DNA of 64,000 nucleotides from Mycobacterium sp. (GTDB lineage Bacteria; Actinomycetota; Actinomycetes; Mycobacteriales; Mycobacteriaceae): NCBI RefSeq assembly GCF_004298145.1, contig NZ_SCRH01000030.1, positions 68,526 to 132,525 of the forward strand, read 5' to 3'. Shown piece by piece: positions 55,934 to 64,000 of this stretch (position 1 is its first letter; each line of letters starts with the position of its first letter). The notes under the pieces were generated by a model. It saw only the letters and a program-made list of their open reading frames with translations, ran no database searches and was not told where the DNA came from. The position numbers and the translations under genes were made by a program.

Positions 55934-56970
55934 AAATCACCGGAACCCTTATCAGACTCGGCATCTTCTCGGTGGTGCTGCTGATCTTCACCGTGATGAT
56001 CGTCGTGGTGTTCGGTCAGATGCGTTTCGACCGCACCAACGGATATTCCGCGGAGTTCAGCAACATCAGCGGCTTGCGTGCCGGCCAGTTCGTCCGCGCC
56101 TCCGGCGTCGAGGTCGGCAAGGTCAGTTCGGTGAAGCTGGTCGACGGTGGCAAGCGCGCGCGGGTGGAATTCGCCGTCGACCGCTCGATCCCCCTGTACG
56201 CGTCGACAAGCGCCCAGATCCGCTACCTGGACCTGATCGGTAACCGCTACCTGGAGCTCAAACGCGGTCAGGGCGAAGGCGCGGACAAGGTGTTGCCGCC
56301 CGGTGGTTTCATCCCCCTGTCGCGAACGCAGCCGGCACTGGATCTCGACGCTCTGATCGGTGGGTTCAAACCGCTGTTCCGGGCGTTGGACCCGCAGAAG
56401 GTCAACACCATCGCGACCGCGCTGGTCACGGTGTTCCAGGGGCAGGGCGGCACGATCAACGACATCCTCGACCAGACCGCGCAGCTGACCAGCCAGCTCG
56501 GTGAGCGCGACCAGGCGATCGGCGACGTCATCAAGAACCTGAACATCGTGCTGGACACCACGGTTCGCCACCGGCAGCAATTCGACCAGACGGTCGACAA
56601 GCTCGAGGTGCTGATCACCGGGCTCAAGGACCACGGCGACCAGCTGGCGGGGGGGACCGCGCACATCAGCAACGCCGCCGGCACGGTGGCCGATCTGCTG
56701 TCCGAGGACCGCGCGCTGCTGCACAAGACGATCAACTACCTCGACGCGGTGCAGCAGCCGGTCATCGACCAGCAGGACCAACTGCAGGACTACCTCAAGA
56801 AGGTGCCAACCGCGCTGAACATGATCGGGCGCGCCGTCGGTGTCTACGGGGACTTCGTGAACTTCTACGCCTGCGACATCATCCTCAAGATCAACGGTCT
56901 GCAGGCCGGCGGTCCGGTCCGCACGGTTCGGCTGTTCCAGCAGCCGACGGGTAGGTGCACGCCGCAATGA
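55930..56970 (+). CDS. mce1B: Mce protein Mce1B
   Basis: GLRAGQFVRASGVEVGKV, RYLDLIGNRYL. Confidence 0.92.
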   Translation: MKITGTLIRLGIFSVVLLIFTVMIVVVFGQMRFDRTNGYSAEFSNISGLRAGQFVRASGVEVGKVSSVKLVDGGKRARVEFAVDRSIPLYASTSAQIRYLDLIGNRYLELKRGQGEGADKVLPPGGFIPLSRTQPALDLDALIGGFKPLFRALDPQKVNTIATALVTVFQGQGGTINDILDQTAQLTSQLGERDQAIGDVIKNLNIVLDTTVRHRQQFDQTVDKLEVLITGLKDHGDQLAGGTAHISNAAGTVADLLSEDRALLHKTINYLDAVQQPVIDQQDQLQDYLKKVPTALNMIGRAVGVYGDFVNFYACDIILKINGLQAGGPVRTVRLFQQPTGRCTPQ

Positions 56971-58556
56971 GAACACTGGAACCCCCCAACCGGGTCCGCA
57001 TCGGGCTGATGGGCATCGTCGTGACGGCGCTCGTGATCGGCGTCGGCCAAAGCTTCACCAGCGTCCCGATGCTGTTCGCCATGCCGAGCTACTACGGCCA
57101 GTTCACCGACTCCGGCGGCATCAACACCGGCGACAAAGTGCGCATCGCCGGCCTGGACGTCGGCAAGGTGGAGGGCCTCACGATCGACGGCGATCACATC
57201 CGGTTGAAGTTCTCCGTCGGCACCAACACCATCGGCACCGAAAGCCGGCTGGCGATCAAGACCGACACCATCCTGGGTAAGAAGATCCTCGACGTCGAGG
57301 CCCGCGGTAACAAGGAGCTGCGGCCCGGGGCGACGTTGCCGATCGGCCAAAGCACCACGCCGTATCAGATTTACGACGCCTTCTTCGACGTCACCAAGGC
57401 CGCCCAGGGCTGGGACATCGACACCGTCAAGCAGTCGCTGCACGTGCTCTCGGAGACGATCGACCAGACCTACCCGCACCTGAGCGCGGCGCTTGACGGG
57501 GTGGCCAAGTTCTCCGACACCATCGGCAAGCGGGACGACCAGGTCAAGCACCTCCTTGCCCAGGCCAATCAGGTGGCCGGCGTCCTGGGTGATCGCAGCG
57601 ACCAGATCGACAGGGCGTTGGTGAACGCCAAGACGCTGCTGGCCGCGTTCAACGAACGCGGTCAGGCCATCAACGCGTTGCTGGCGAACGTGGCCGCCTT
57701 CTCCGAACAGGTGAAGGGACTGATCAACGACAACCCCAACCTCAACCACGTGCTCGAACAGCTGCGCACGATCAGCGACATCCTGGTCGAGCGCAAGGAC
57801 GACGTCGCCAGCGGGCTCATCGAGGTCGGCAAGTTCCTTCCGTCGTTGAACGAGGCCATCGGGTCGGGACCCTTCTTCAAGGTGATCCTCGGGAACCTGG
57901 CCCTCTATCAGATTTCCCAGCCGTGGGTCGACGCGGCGTTCAAGAAGCGCGGCATCGACCCGGAGAACTTCTGGCGTGGTGCCGGGCTGCCCGAATACCG
58001 GTTCCCCGATCCCAACGGCACCCGGTTCCCCAACGGCGCGCCGCCGCCGGCACCACCGGTGCTGGAGGGCACGCCCGATCACCCGGGACCGGCGGTCCCG
58101 CCGGGCTCGCCGTGCTCGTACACGCCGGCGAACCCCGGCGGCAACGTCACCGTTGGCGACGAGGGTCTGCCGCGGCCGTGGAATCCGCTGCCTTGTGCGG
58201 GCGCTGCTGGGGGCCCGTTCGGTGGGCCGGGCTTCCCGGCACCGATCGACGTGATGACGTCGCCGCCGAACCCCGCCGGCCTGCCGCCGACGCCGGGCAT
58301 CAATATCGCGGGCCGGCCGGGTGACCCGCCGCCGGACGTGCCGGGAACGCCGGTGCCGTTGCCGACGCAGGCACCCCCTGGTGCACGCACCGAGAACCTG
58401 GCGCCGGCCGGGCCGGTGCCGCCGCCGTCGACGTTCGCGCCGGGCTTCCCGCCGGGACCGGCCGCGCCACCCGGGCCGGGCAACCAGTTGCCGGCACCGT
58501 TCATCAACCCCGGCGGAGCGGGAGGCACCGGTGTCACGGGAGGTAGCCAGAATTGA
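56967..58556 (+). CDS. mce1C: Mce protein Mce1C with proline-rich tail
   Basis: MRTLEPPNRVRIG, GINTGDKVRIAG, KTDTILG; ATG overlaps the mce1B stop. Confidence 0.92.
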   Translation: MRTLEPPNRVRIGLMGIVVTALVIGVGQSFTSVPMLFAMPSYYGQFTDSGGINTGDKVRIAGLDVGKVEGLTIDGDHIRLKFSVGTNTIGTESRLAIKTDTILGKKILDVEARGNKELRPGATLPIGQSTTPYQIYDAFFDVTKAAQGWDIDTVKQSLHVLSETIDQTYPHLSAALDGVAKFSDTIGKRDDQVKHLLAQANQVAGVLGDRSDQIDRALVNAKTLLAAFNERGQAINALLANVAAFSEQVKGLINDNPNLNHVLEQLRTISDILVERKDDVASGLIEVGKFLPSLNEAIGSGPFFKVILGNLALYQISQPWVDAAFKKRGIDPENFWRGAGLPEYRFPDPNGTRFPNGAPPPAPPVLEGTPDHPGPAVPPGSPCSYTPANPGGNVTVGDEGLPRPWNPLPCAGAAGGPFGGPGFPAPIDVMTSPPNPAGLPPTPGINIAGRPGDPPPDVPGTPVPLPTQAPPGARTENLAPAGPVPPPSTFAPGFPPGPAAPPGPGNQLPAPFINPGGAGGTGVTGGSQN

Positions 58557-60166
58557 GCACCATCTTTGACATCCGCAACGTGCGGCTCCCGAAGCTGTCC
58601 CGGGCGTCGGTGATCATCGGGTCCCTGGTGATCGTGCTGGCCCTCGTCGTCGGTTATATCGGTTGGCGGCTCTACGAAAAGCTGACGAACAACAGCGTGG
58701 TGGCCTACTTCCCGGCAACGAATGCGCTCTACAAGGGCGACAAGGTCCAGATCATGGGCCTGCGGGTGGGTGCGATCGACAAGATCGAGCCGACCGGCGA
58801 CAAGATGAAGGTCACCTTCCACTACGAGAACAAGTACCGGGTGCCGGCCAACGCGTCGGCGGTGATCCTCAACCCCACCCTGGTCGCGTCGCGCGCCATT
58901 CAGCTGGAGCCGCCGTATAAGGGTGGGCCGGTACTGGCCGACAACGCCGTGATCCCCGAAGAGCGCACCCAGGTGCCGGTCGAGTGGGACCAGCTGCGCA
59001 ACAGCATCACCAACATCATCTCGAAGCTGGGTCCCACACCCGAGCAGCCGAAGGGCCCGTTCGGTGAGGTCATCGAGTCGTTCGCCGACGGGCTGGCCGG
59101 CAAGGGCAAACAGATCAACGCGACCTTCAGCAACCTGTCGAAGGCGTTGACCGCGCTGAACGAGGGTCGCGGCGACTTCTTTGCGGTGGTGCGCAGCCTG
59201 GCGCTGTTCGTCAACGCGCTGCACCAAGACGACCAGCAGTTCGTCGCGCTCAACCAGAACCTGGCTGACTTCACCACCCGGCTCGCCCACGACGACACCG
59301 CCCTCGCCCGCGCGGTGCAGCAGTTCGACGGCCTGCTCACGACCGTGCGGCCGTGGCTGGACCAGAACCGCGGAGTGCTGACCCACGACATCAACAACCT
59401 GGCGACCGCGACGAACACGCTGCTGCAACCGGATCCGCTGAACGGGCTGGAGACCGCGCTGCATGTCACTCCGACGGCCGCGTCGAACATCAACCAGATT
59501 TATCACCCGGCCCAGGGGGCCGTCGTCGGCCTGCCGGCGATCCAGAACTTCGCCAACCCGATGCAGTTCATCTGTAGTGCGATTCAGGCCGGCAGCCGGT
59601 TGGGTTATCAGGAGTCGGCCGAACTGTGCGCCCAGTACCTGGCGCCGGTCCTCGACGCGATCAAGTTCAACTATCCGCCGTTCGGCATCAACCCGTTCAG
59701 CACCGCGGCGACGCTGCCCAAGCACGTGGCCTATTCCGAGCCGCGGTTGCAGCCGCCCAACGGATACAAGGACACCACCGTCCCGGGCATCTGGGTGCCG
59801 GACACCCCGACGTCGCACCGCAACACCCAGCCGGGCTGGATCGTCGCCCCGGGCATGCAGGGCCAGCAGGTCGGGCCCATCACCGCGGGCCTGATGACCC
59901 CGGAGTCGCTGGAAGAGCTCATGGGTGGGCCGAACATCGAGCCCGTGCAGTCGAACCTGCAGACCCCGCCGGGGCCGCCGAACGCCTATGACGAAAACCC
60001 GATCGTGCCGCCCATCGGGCTCAACGCCCCGGTGCCGATCCAGCCGCCACCGCCGGGGCCGGGCGTGATACCGGGTCCGGTCGCGCCGACACCGGCGCCG
60101 GTGTCGGCGCCCGCGCCGACCGCGGGTGGCCCGGCGTCGCCCGCTGACTTCGGAGGTGGCCAGTGA
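58553..60166 (+). CDS. mce1D: Mce protein Mce1D
   Basis: LYKGDKVQIMG..VG.I, PTLVASR, PVEWD; proline-rich tail. Confidence 0.92.
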   Translation: MSTIFDIRNVRLPKLSRASVIIGSLVIVLALVVGYIGWRLYEKLTNNSVVAYFPATNALYKGDKVQIMGLRVGAIDKIEPTGDKMKVTFHYENKYRVPANASAVILNPTLVASRAIQLEPPYKGGPVLADNAVIPEERTQVPVEWDQLRNSITNIISKLGPTPEQPKGPFGEVIESFADGLAGKGKQINATFSNLSKALTALNEGRGDFFAVVRSLALFVNALHQDDQQFVALNQNLADFTTRLAHDDTALARAVQQFDGLLTTVRPWLDQNRGVLTHDINNLATATNTLLQPDPLNGLETALHVTPTAASNINQIYHPAQGAVVGLPAIQNFANPMQFICSAIQAGSRLGYQESAELCAQYLAPVLDAIKFNYPPFGINPFSTAATLPKHVAYSEPRLQPPNGYKDTTVPGIWVPDTPTSHRNTQPGWIVAPGMQGQQVGPITAGLMTPESLEELMGGPNIEPVQSNLQTPPGPPNAYDENPIVPPIGLNAPVPIQPPPPGPGVIPGPVAPTPAPVSAPAPTAGGPASPADFGGGQ

Positions 60167-60287
60167 GGCGCGTGACGAGCGCGGTGCGCGCGAGGAGCAA
60201 GCCGAACCGAGGGCCAGTGAGGCGCGTGACGAGCGCGGTGCGCGCGAGGAGCAAGCCGAACCGAGGGCCAGTGAGGCGCGGGACGAG
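60158..60287 (+). repeat. 54-bp in-frame tandem repeat (MIRU-type) at the mce1D-lprK junction
   Basis: Unit GTGAGGCGCGTGACGAGCGCGGTGCGCGCGAGGAGCAAGCCGAACCGAGGGCCA at 60163 and 60217, partial copy at 60271. Confidence 0.93.
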
Positions 60288-61437
60288 GCCGATCCTTCAC
60301 CGGTCCTGGCAGGGGCTGGTGCTGCTGGTGACCGCGATGGTGCTGAGCTCGTGTGGCTGGAAGGGCATCTCGAACGTCTCGATTCCGGGCGGCCCCGGCA
60401 GCGGCTCGGGCTCGATGACCGTCTATGTGCAGGTGCCCGACACCCTGGCGATCAACGGCAACTCCAAGGTGATGGTGGCCGACGTGTTCGTCGGCTCGAT
60501 CAAGGCCATCCAGCTGAAGAACTGGGTGGCCACCCTGACGCTGGGCTTGGACAAGCACACCAAGCTGCCCAAGAACGCCACCGCCAAGATCGGCCAGACC
60601 TCACTGCTGGGTTCTCAGCACGTCCAGCTCGCCGCACCGCCGAATCCGTCGCCCGAGCTGCTGAAGGACGGCGACACGATTCCGCTGAAGAATTCGTCGT
60701 CGTATCCCACCACCGAGCAGACGCTGGCCAGCCTGTCGCTGATCCTGCGTGGCGGCGGCATCCCGAACCTGGAGGTGCTGCAGAACGAGGTCTACAACAT
60801 CTTCAACGGGCGCGGAGACCAGATCCGGTCCTTGCTGGGCAAGCTGGACACCTTCACCACCCAGCTCAACGCGCAGCGCGATGACATCACCCACGCCATC
60901 GACTCCACCAACCGCTTGCTGACCTACGTGGGTGGCCGGGCCGACGTCCTGGACCGGGTGCTCACCGACGTCCCGCCGCTGATCAAGCATTTCGCCGACA
61001 CCAAAAACCTGCTGATCAACGCCGTCGATTCGGTGGGACGGCTCAGCCAGGCCACCGACCAGTACCTGTCGGAGGCGCGCGGCCCGTTGCACCAGGATCT
61101 GCAGGCGTTGCAATGCCCGCTCAAGGAGCTCGGCCGTGGCGCGCCGTATCTGATCGGCGCGCTGAAATTGATCCTCACTCAGCCGTTCGACATCGACACC
61201 GTTCCCAAGCTGTTCCGCGGTGACTTCATCAATGTGACGCTGACGCTGGACGTGACTTACAGCGCCGTCGACAACGCGTTCCTGACCGGGACCGGATTGT
61301 CGGGAGCACTGCGGGCGCTCGAGCAGTCGTTCGGGCGTGACCCGGAGACGATGATCCCCGACGTCCGCTACACGCCGAACCCGAATGACGCCCCGGGTGG
61401 ACCGCTGGTGGAAAGGGCGGACAGAAGCCAATGCTGA
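60163..61437 (+). CDS. lprK: Mce lipoprotein LprK (Mce1E)
   Basis: Lipobox LSSC after a hydrophobic h-region; MCE domain NSKVMVADV.VG.I. In-frame GTG starts at 60163, 60217 and 60271. Confidence 0.9.
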   Translation: MRRVTSAVRARSKPNRGPVRRVTSAVRARSKPNRGPVRRGTRPILHRSWQGLVLLVTAMVLSSCGWKGISNVSIPGGPGSGSGSMTVYVQVPDTLAINGNSKVMVADVFVGSIKAIQLKNWVATLTLGLDKHTKLPKNATAKIGQTSLLGSQHVQLAAPPNPSPELLKDGDTIPLKNSSSYPTTEQTLASLSLILRGGGIPNLEVLQNEVYNIFNGRGDQIRSLLGKLDTFTTQLNAQRDDITHAIDSTNRLLTYVGGRADVLDRVLTDVPPLIKHFADTKNLLINAVDSVGRLSQATDQYLSEARGPLHQDLQALQCPLKELGRGAPYLIGALKLILTQPFDIDTVPKLFRGDFINVTLTLDVTYSAVDNAFLTGTGLSGALRALEQSFGRDPETMIPDVRYTPNPNDAPGGPLVERADRSQC

Positions 61438-62981
61438 CTTCCTTCATCCGACGCCAGCTGATCGCGTTCGGGATCCTGACCGTCATCTCGCTGCTCGTGC
61501 TCGGTATCTACTACCTGCAGATCCCGAGCCTGATGGGCATCGGTCAGTACACGTTGAAGGCCGAACTGCCCGCCTCGGGCGGGCTGTACCCCACGGCGAA
61601 TGTCACCTATCGCGGCATCACCATCGGCAAAGTCACCGATGTCGAGCCGACCGAGCACGGCGTCGAGGCCACCATGAGTATCGACAGCCACTACAAGATC
61701 CCGATCGACGCGACGGCCGACGTGCACTCGGTCTCGGCGGTCGGTGAGCAGTACCTGGATCTGACATCGACCGGAAACCCCGGAAAATACCTGTCATCCG
61801 GGCAGACCATCACCAAGGGCACGGTGCCCGCCGAGATCGGGCCGGCCCTGGACACGGCGAACCGCGGCCTGTCGGCACTGCCCAAGGAGAAGATCGGCAC
61901 GCTGCTGGACGAGACGGCGCAATCCGTCGGCGGGTTGGGTCCCGCCCTGCAACGCCTGGTCGATTCCACCCAGGCGATCGTCGGTGACTTCAAAACCCAG
62001 ATCACCGACGTCAACGACATCATCGAGAATTCCGGCCCGGTGTTGGACAGCCAGGTCAAATCGGGCGACAACATCGAGCGCTGGGCGCGCAACCTGAACA
62101 CGTTGGCCGCCCAGTCCGCGCAGGAGGACCAGCATCTGAAAAGCGTGCTGCGCCAAGCGGCGCCGACGGCCGATCAGATCAACGACGTCTTCGGCGACGT
62201 CCGGGATTCGCTGCCGCAGACGCTGGCCAATTTCGAGGTCGTCTTCGACATGCTCAAGCGCTACCACACCGGCCTCGAGCAGGTCCTGGTGTTCCTTCCG
62301 CAGGGCGCGTCGATCGCCCAGACGGTGGCTGCGCCCTACCCGAACATGGCCGCGCTCGACCTGGCGCTGTCGATCAACCAGCCGCCGCCGTGTTTGACCG
62401 GCTTCACGCCGGCCGCGGAGTGGCGGTCCCCGGCGGACACCAGCCTCCAGCCGCTGCCGACGGGCACCTACTGCAAGATCCCGATGGAAACCCCGGCCAA
62501 CGTGGTGCGTGGATCGCGCAACATCCCCTGCGTCGATGTCCCGGGCAAACGGGCGGCCACGCCGCGGGAGTGCCGCGACCCCAAGCCGTACGTTCCGGCG
62601 GGAACCAACCCGTGGTACGGCGACCCCAACCAGATCCTGACCTGCCCCGCGCCGGGAGCGCGATGCGATCAGTCGGTGCGCCCCGGCATGGTGATCCCCG
62701 CGCCGTCGATCAACAACGGGGTGAACCCCGCCCCGTCGGACCGGGTCGCGGGGACACCGCCGCCGGTCAGCGATCCGTTGTCGCGGCCGGGGTCGGGTAG
62801 CGTGCAGTGCAACGGCCAGCAGCCGAACCCGTGTGTCTACACCCCCGGCGGGCCTCCCACGGCGGTCTACAGTCCCCAAAGCGGTGAACTGGTAGGGCCA
62901 GACGGAGTTAAATACTCCGTCGAGAACTCGACCAGAACAGGAGACGACGGATGGAAGGAGATGCTGGCGCCAGCCGGCTGA
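61431..62981 (+). CDS. mce1F: Mce protein Mce1F
   Basis: GLYPTANVTYRG..IGKV, SAVGEQYLD. Confidence 0.92.
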   Translation: MLTSFIRRQLIAFGILTVISLLVLGIYYLQIPSLMGIGQYTLKAELPASGGLYPTANVTYRGITIGKVTDVEPTEHGVEATMSIDSHYKIPIDATADVHSVSAVGEQYLDLTSTGNPGKYLSSGQTITKGTVPAEIGPALDTANRGLSALPKEKIGTLLDETAQSVGGLGPALQRLVDSTQAIVGDFKTQITDVNDIIENSGPVLDSQVKSGDNIERWARNLNTLAAQSAQEDQHLKSVLRQAAPTADQINDVFGDVRDSLPQTLANFEVVFDMLKRYHTGLEQVLVFLPQGASIAQTVAAPYPNMAALDLALSINQPPPCLTGFTPAAEWRSPADTSLQPLPTGTYCKIPMETPANVVRGSRNIPCVDVPGKRAATPRECRDPKPYVPAGTNPWYGDPNQILTCPAPGARCDQSVRPGMVIPAPSINNGVNPAPSDRVAGTPPPVSDPLSRPGSGSVQCNGQQPNPCVYTPGGPPTAVYSPQSGELVGPDGVKYSVENSTRTGDDGWKEMLAPAG

Positions 62982-63631
62982 ACCCCATCGCCACGGACGA
63001 CGATTCGTTGAGCACCCAAGAGAAGGACGAGGATTCGACGGCACCCGAGAACGGAGCCGAGCAAACCGGTCCGCAGGGTGCTTCCGAGGATCCGGTGGAA
63101 TCCGGCGAGCCCGGCGCGGCCACCCCACGCGGTCCGTCGCGGGTGGGGCGCGGGTGGCTGGCCGCCATCGCGGCGGTGTTGGTGCTATGCGCCGGCGCCA
63201 TCGGGGCGGGGGGCTACCTCGCGCTGCGCTACCACGACCAAAGCCAGGCGATCGCCCGCAACGATGCCACGGCGCTGCAGGCGGCGCTGGATTGCGTTTC
63301 GGCGACCCAAGCGCCCGACACCAACGCGATGACCGCGAGTGAGCAGAAGATCATCGACTGCGGCACAGACGCTTTCCGCGCGCAGGCCCTGGTGTACACC
63401 GGCATGCTGATCCAGGCGTATCAGGCCGCGAACATCCACGTTCAGGTGGCGGATGTGCGGGCGGCGGTCGAGCGCAACAATCCCGACGGTTCGATCGATA
63501 TCCTTGTCGCGCTTCGCGTCAAGGTGGCCAGCGATCAGACGCAGAACGAAGCCGGCTACCGCCTGCGGGTGAAAATGGCTCTCGCGGAGGGTCAGTACAA
63601 GATCTCCAAACTCGACCAGGTGACGAAGTGA
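62951..63631 (+). CDS. Mce-associated membrane protein (Rv0175/Mam1A-like)
   Basis: Acidic N-terminus, single TM helix, DCVSATQAPD, AAVERNN.DG..D.LVALRVK. Confidence 0.85.
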   Translation: MEGDAGASRLNPIATDDDSLSTQEKDEDSTAPENGAEQTGPQGASEDPVESGEPGAATPRGPSRVGRGWLAAIAAVLVLCAGAIGAGGYLALRYHDQSQAIARNDATALQAALDCVSATQAPDTNAMTASEQKIIDCGTDAFRAQALVYTGMLIQAYQAANIHVQVADVRAAVERNNPDGSIDILVALRVKVASDQTQNEAGYRLRVKMALAEGQYKISKLDQVTK

Positions 63632-64000
63632 CGGTGGTGGTCGAGCAGACTGCACCCACGGATGTCCAGGAGTCACGGCGGGATGCTCTGGCGCCCTGGC
63701 ATTGCCGTGTCGGTGCCTTCGTTATCGACGTGGTGGCGGGGGCCGCGGTGGTGACGACGCTGGCGTTGGTGTCGTTCAGCGTGCCGGTGCGTGGCGTGTG
63801 GTGGTGGACATGTATCTGCGTGATCGGGGCCGTTGTCCTGCTGGTGTTGGTCAATCGGCTGTTGTTGCCGACGATCACCGGGTGGAGCCTGGGCCGCGCC
63901 CTGGTCGGCATCGCGGTGACGCGGCGCGGCGGTGACGTTCCGGGACCGTGGACGCTGCTGCTGCGTGATGTCGCCCATCTACTCGATACCGCATCGGTGG
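63628..64000 (+). CDS. RDD-domain Mce-associated protein (Rv0176/Mam1B-like), 5' part, truncated by the window edge
   Basis: Translated by hand from GTG 63628: MTVVVEQ...APWHCRVGAFVID...NRLLLPTITGWSLGRAL...LLRDVAHLLD. Confidence 0.85.
   Translation, partial: MTVVVEQTAPTDVQESRRDALAPWHCRVGAFVIDVVAGAAVVTTLALVSFSVPVRGVWWWTCICVIGAVVLLVLVNRLLLPTITGWSLGRALVGIAVTRRGGDVPGPWTLLLRDVAHLLDTASV

Noticed and set aside
57960-60160. Proline-rich low-complexity stretches as PE_PGRS/PPE or repeat elements
   Set aside because: They are the normal proline-rich C-termini of Mce1C and Mce1D.
50074-60287. Tandem repeats as possible CRISPR arrays
   Set aside because: The units are head-to-tail with no unique spacers, and there are no cas genes.
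63700-63900. G/T-rich stretch at the window end as a second foreign tract
   Set aside because: It is explained by Val/Leu/Trp/Gly-rich transmembrane segments of the RDD protein.

Overview
GC-rich DNA from a slow-growing, non-tuberculous Mycobacterium (probably related to the M. avium complex; inferred from gene content and from the presence of dps). The backbone follows the M. tuberculosis H37Rv Rv0134-Rv0176 region: ephF, TetR/cyp138, msrA, SAM methyltransferases, aldehyde dehydrogenase, SDR, ptpB, fadE2, pntAa/Ab/B, Rv0158-like TetR, Rv0161-like oxidase, adhE1, mce1R, fadD5 and the mce1 operon, which runs off the right edge in mam1B. Rv numbers are from recalled sequence and synteny, not from a search. 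Lineage-specific additions interrupt the backbone. The largest is a ~16 kb, 17-gene oxidative catabolic block (32132-47974) between the Rv0161-like gene and adhE1. It carries a P450, MDR and SDR dehydrogenases, a type I Baeyer-Villiger monooxygenase, an esterase, a lactonase-like protein, a family III CoA-transferase, an acyl-CoA dehydrogenase, two thioesterases and an aldolase. Three identically spaced copies of a candidate operator (CTTTACAAA-N8-RAAGTGTCA) tie it together. Other additions are a DUF1214/sulfotransferase/TetR module, dps and pirin with SigF-like and SigH-like promoters, a third tandem methyltransferase and a CpsA-like LCP paralog. Small-scale features include a 41-aa protein missing from the ORF track, a MIRU-like remnant fused to pntAa, a 54-bp in-frame tandem repeat at the start of lprK/mce1E, a 55-bp hairpin repeat, and a compositionally distinct tract inside mce1A. 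No rRNA, tRNA, CRISPR array, integrase or transposase was seen.
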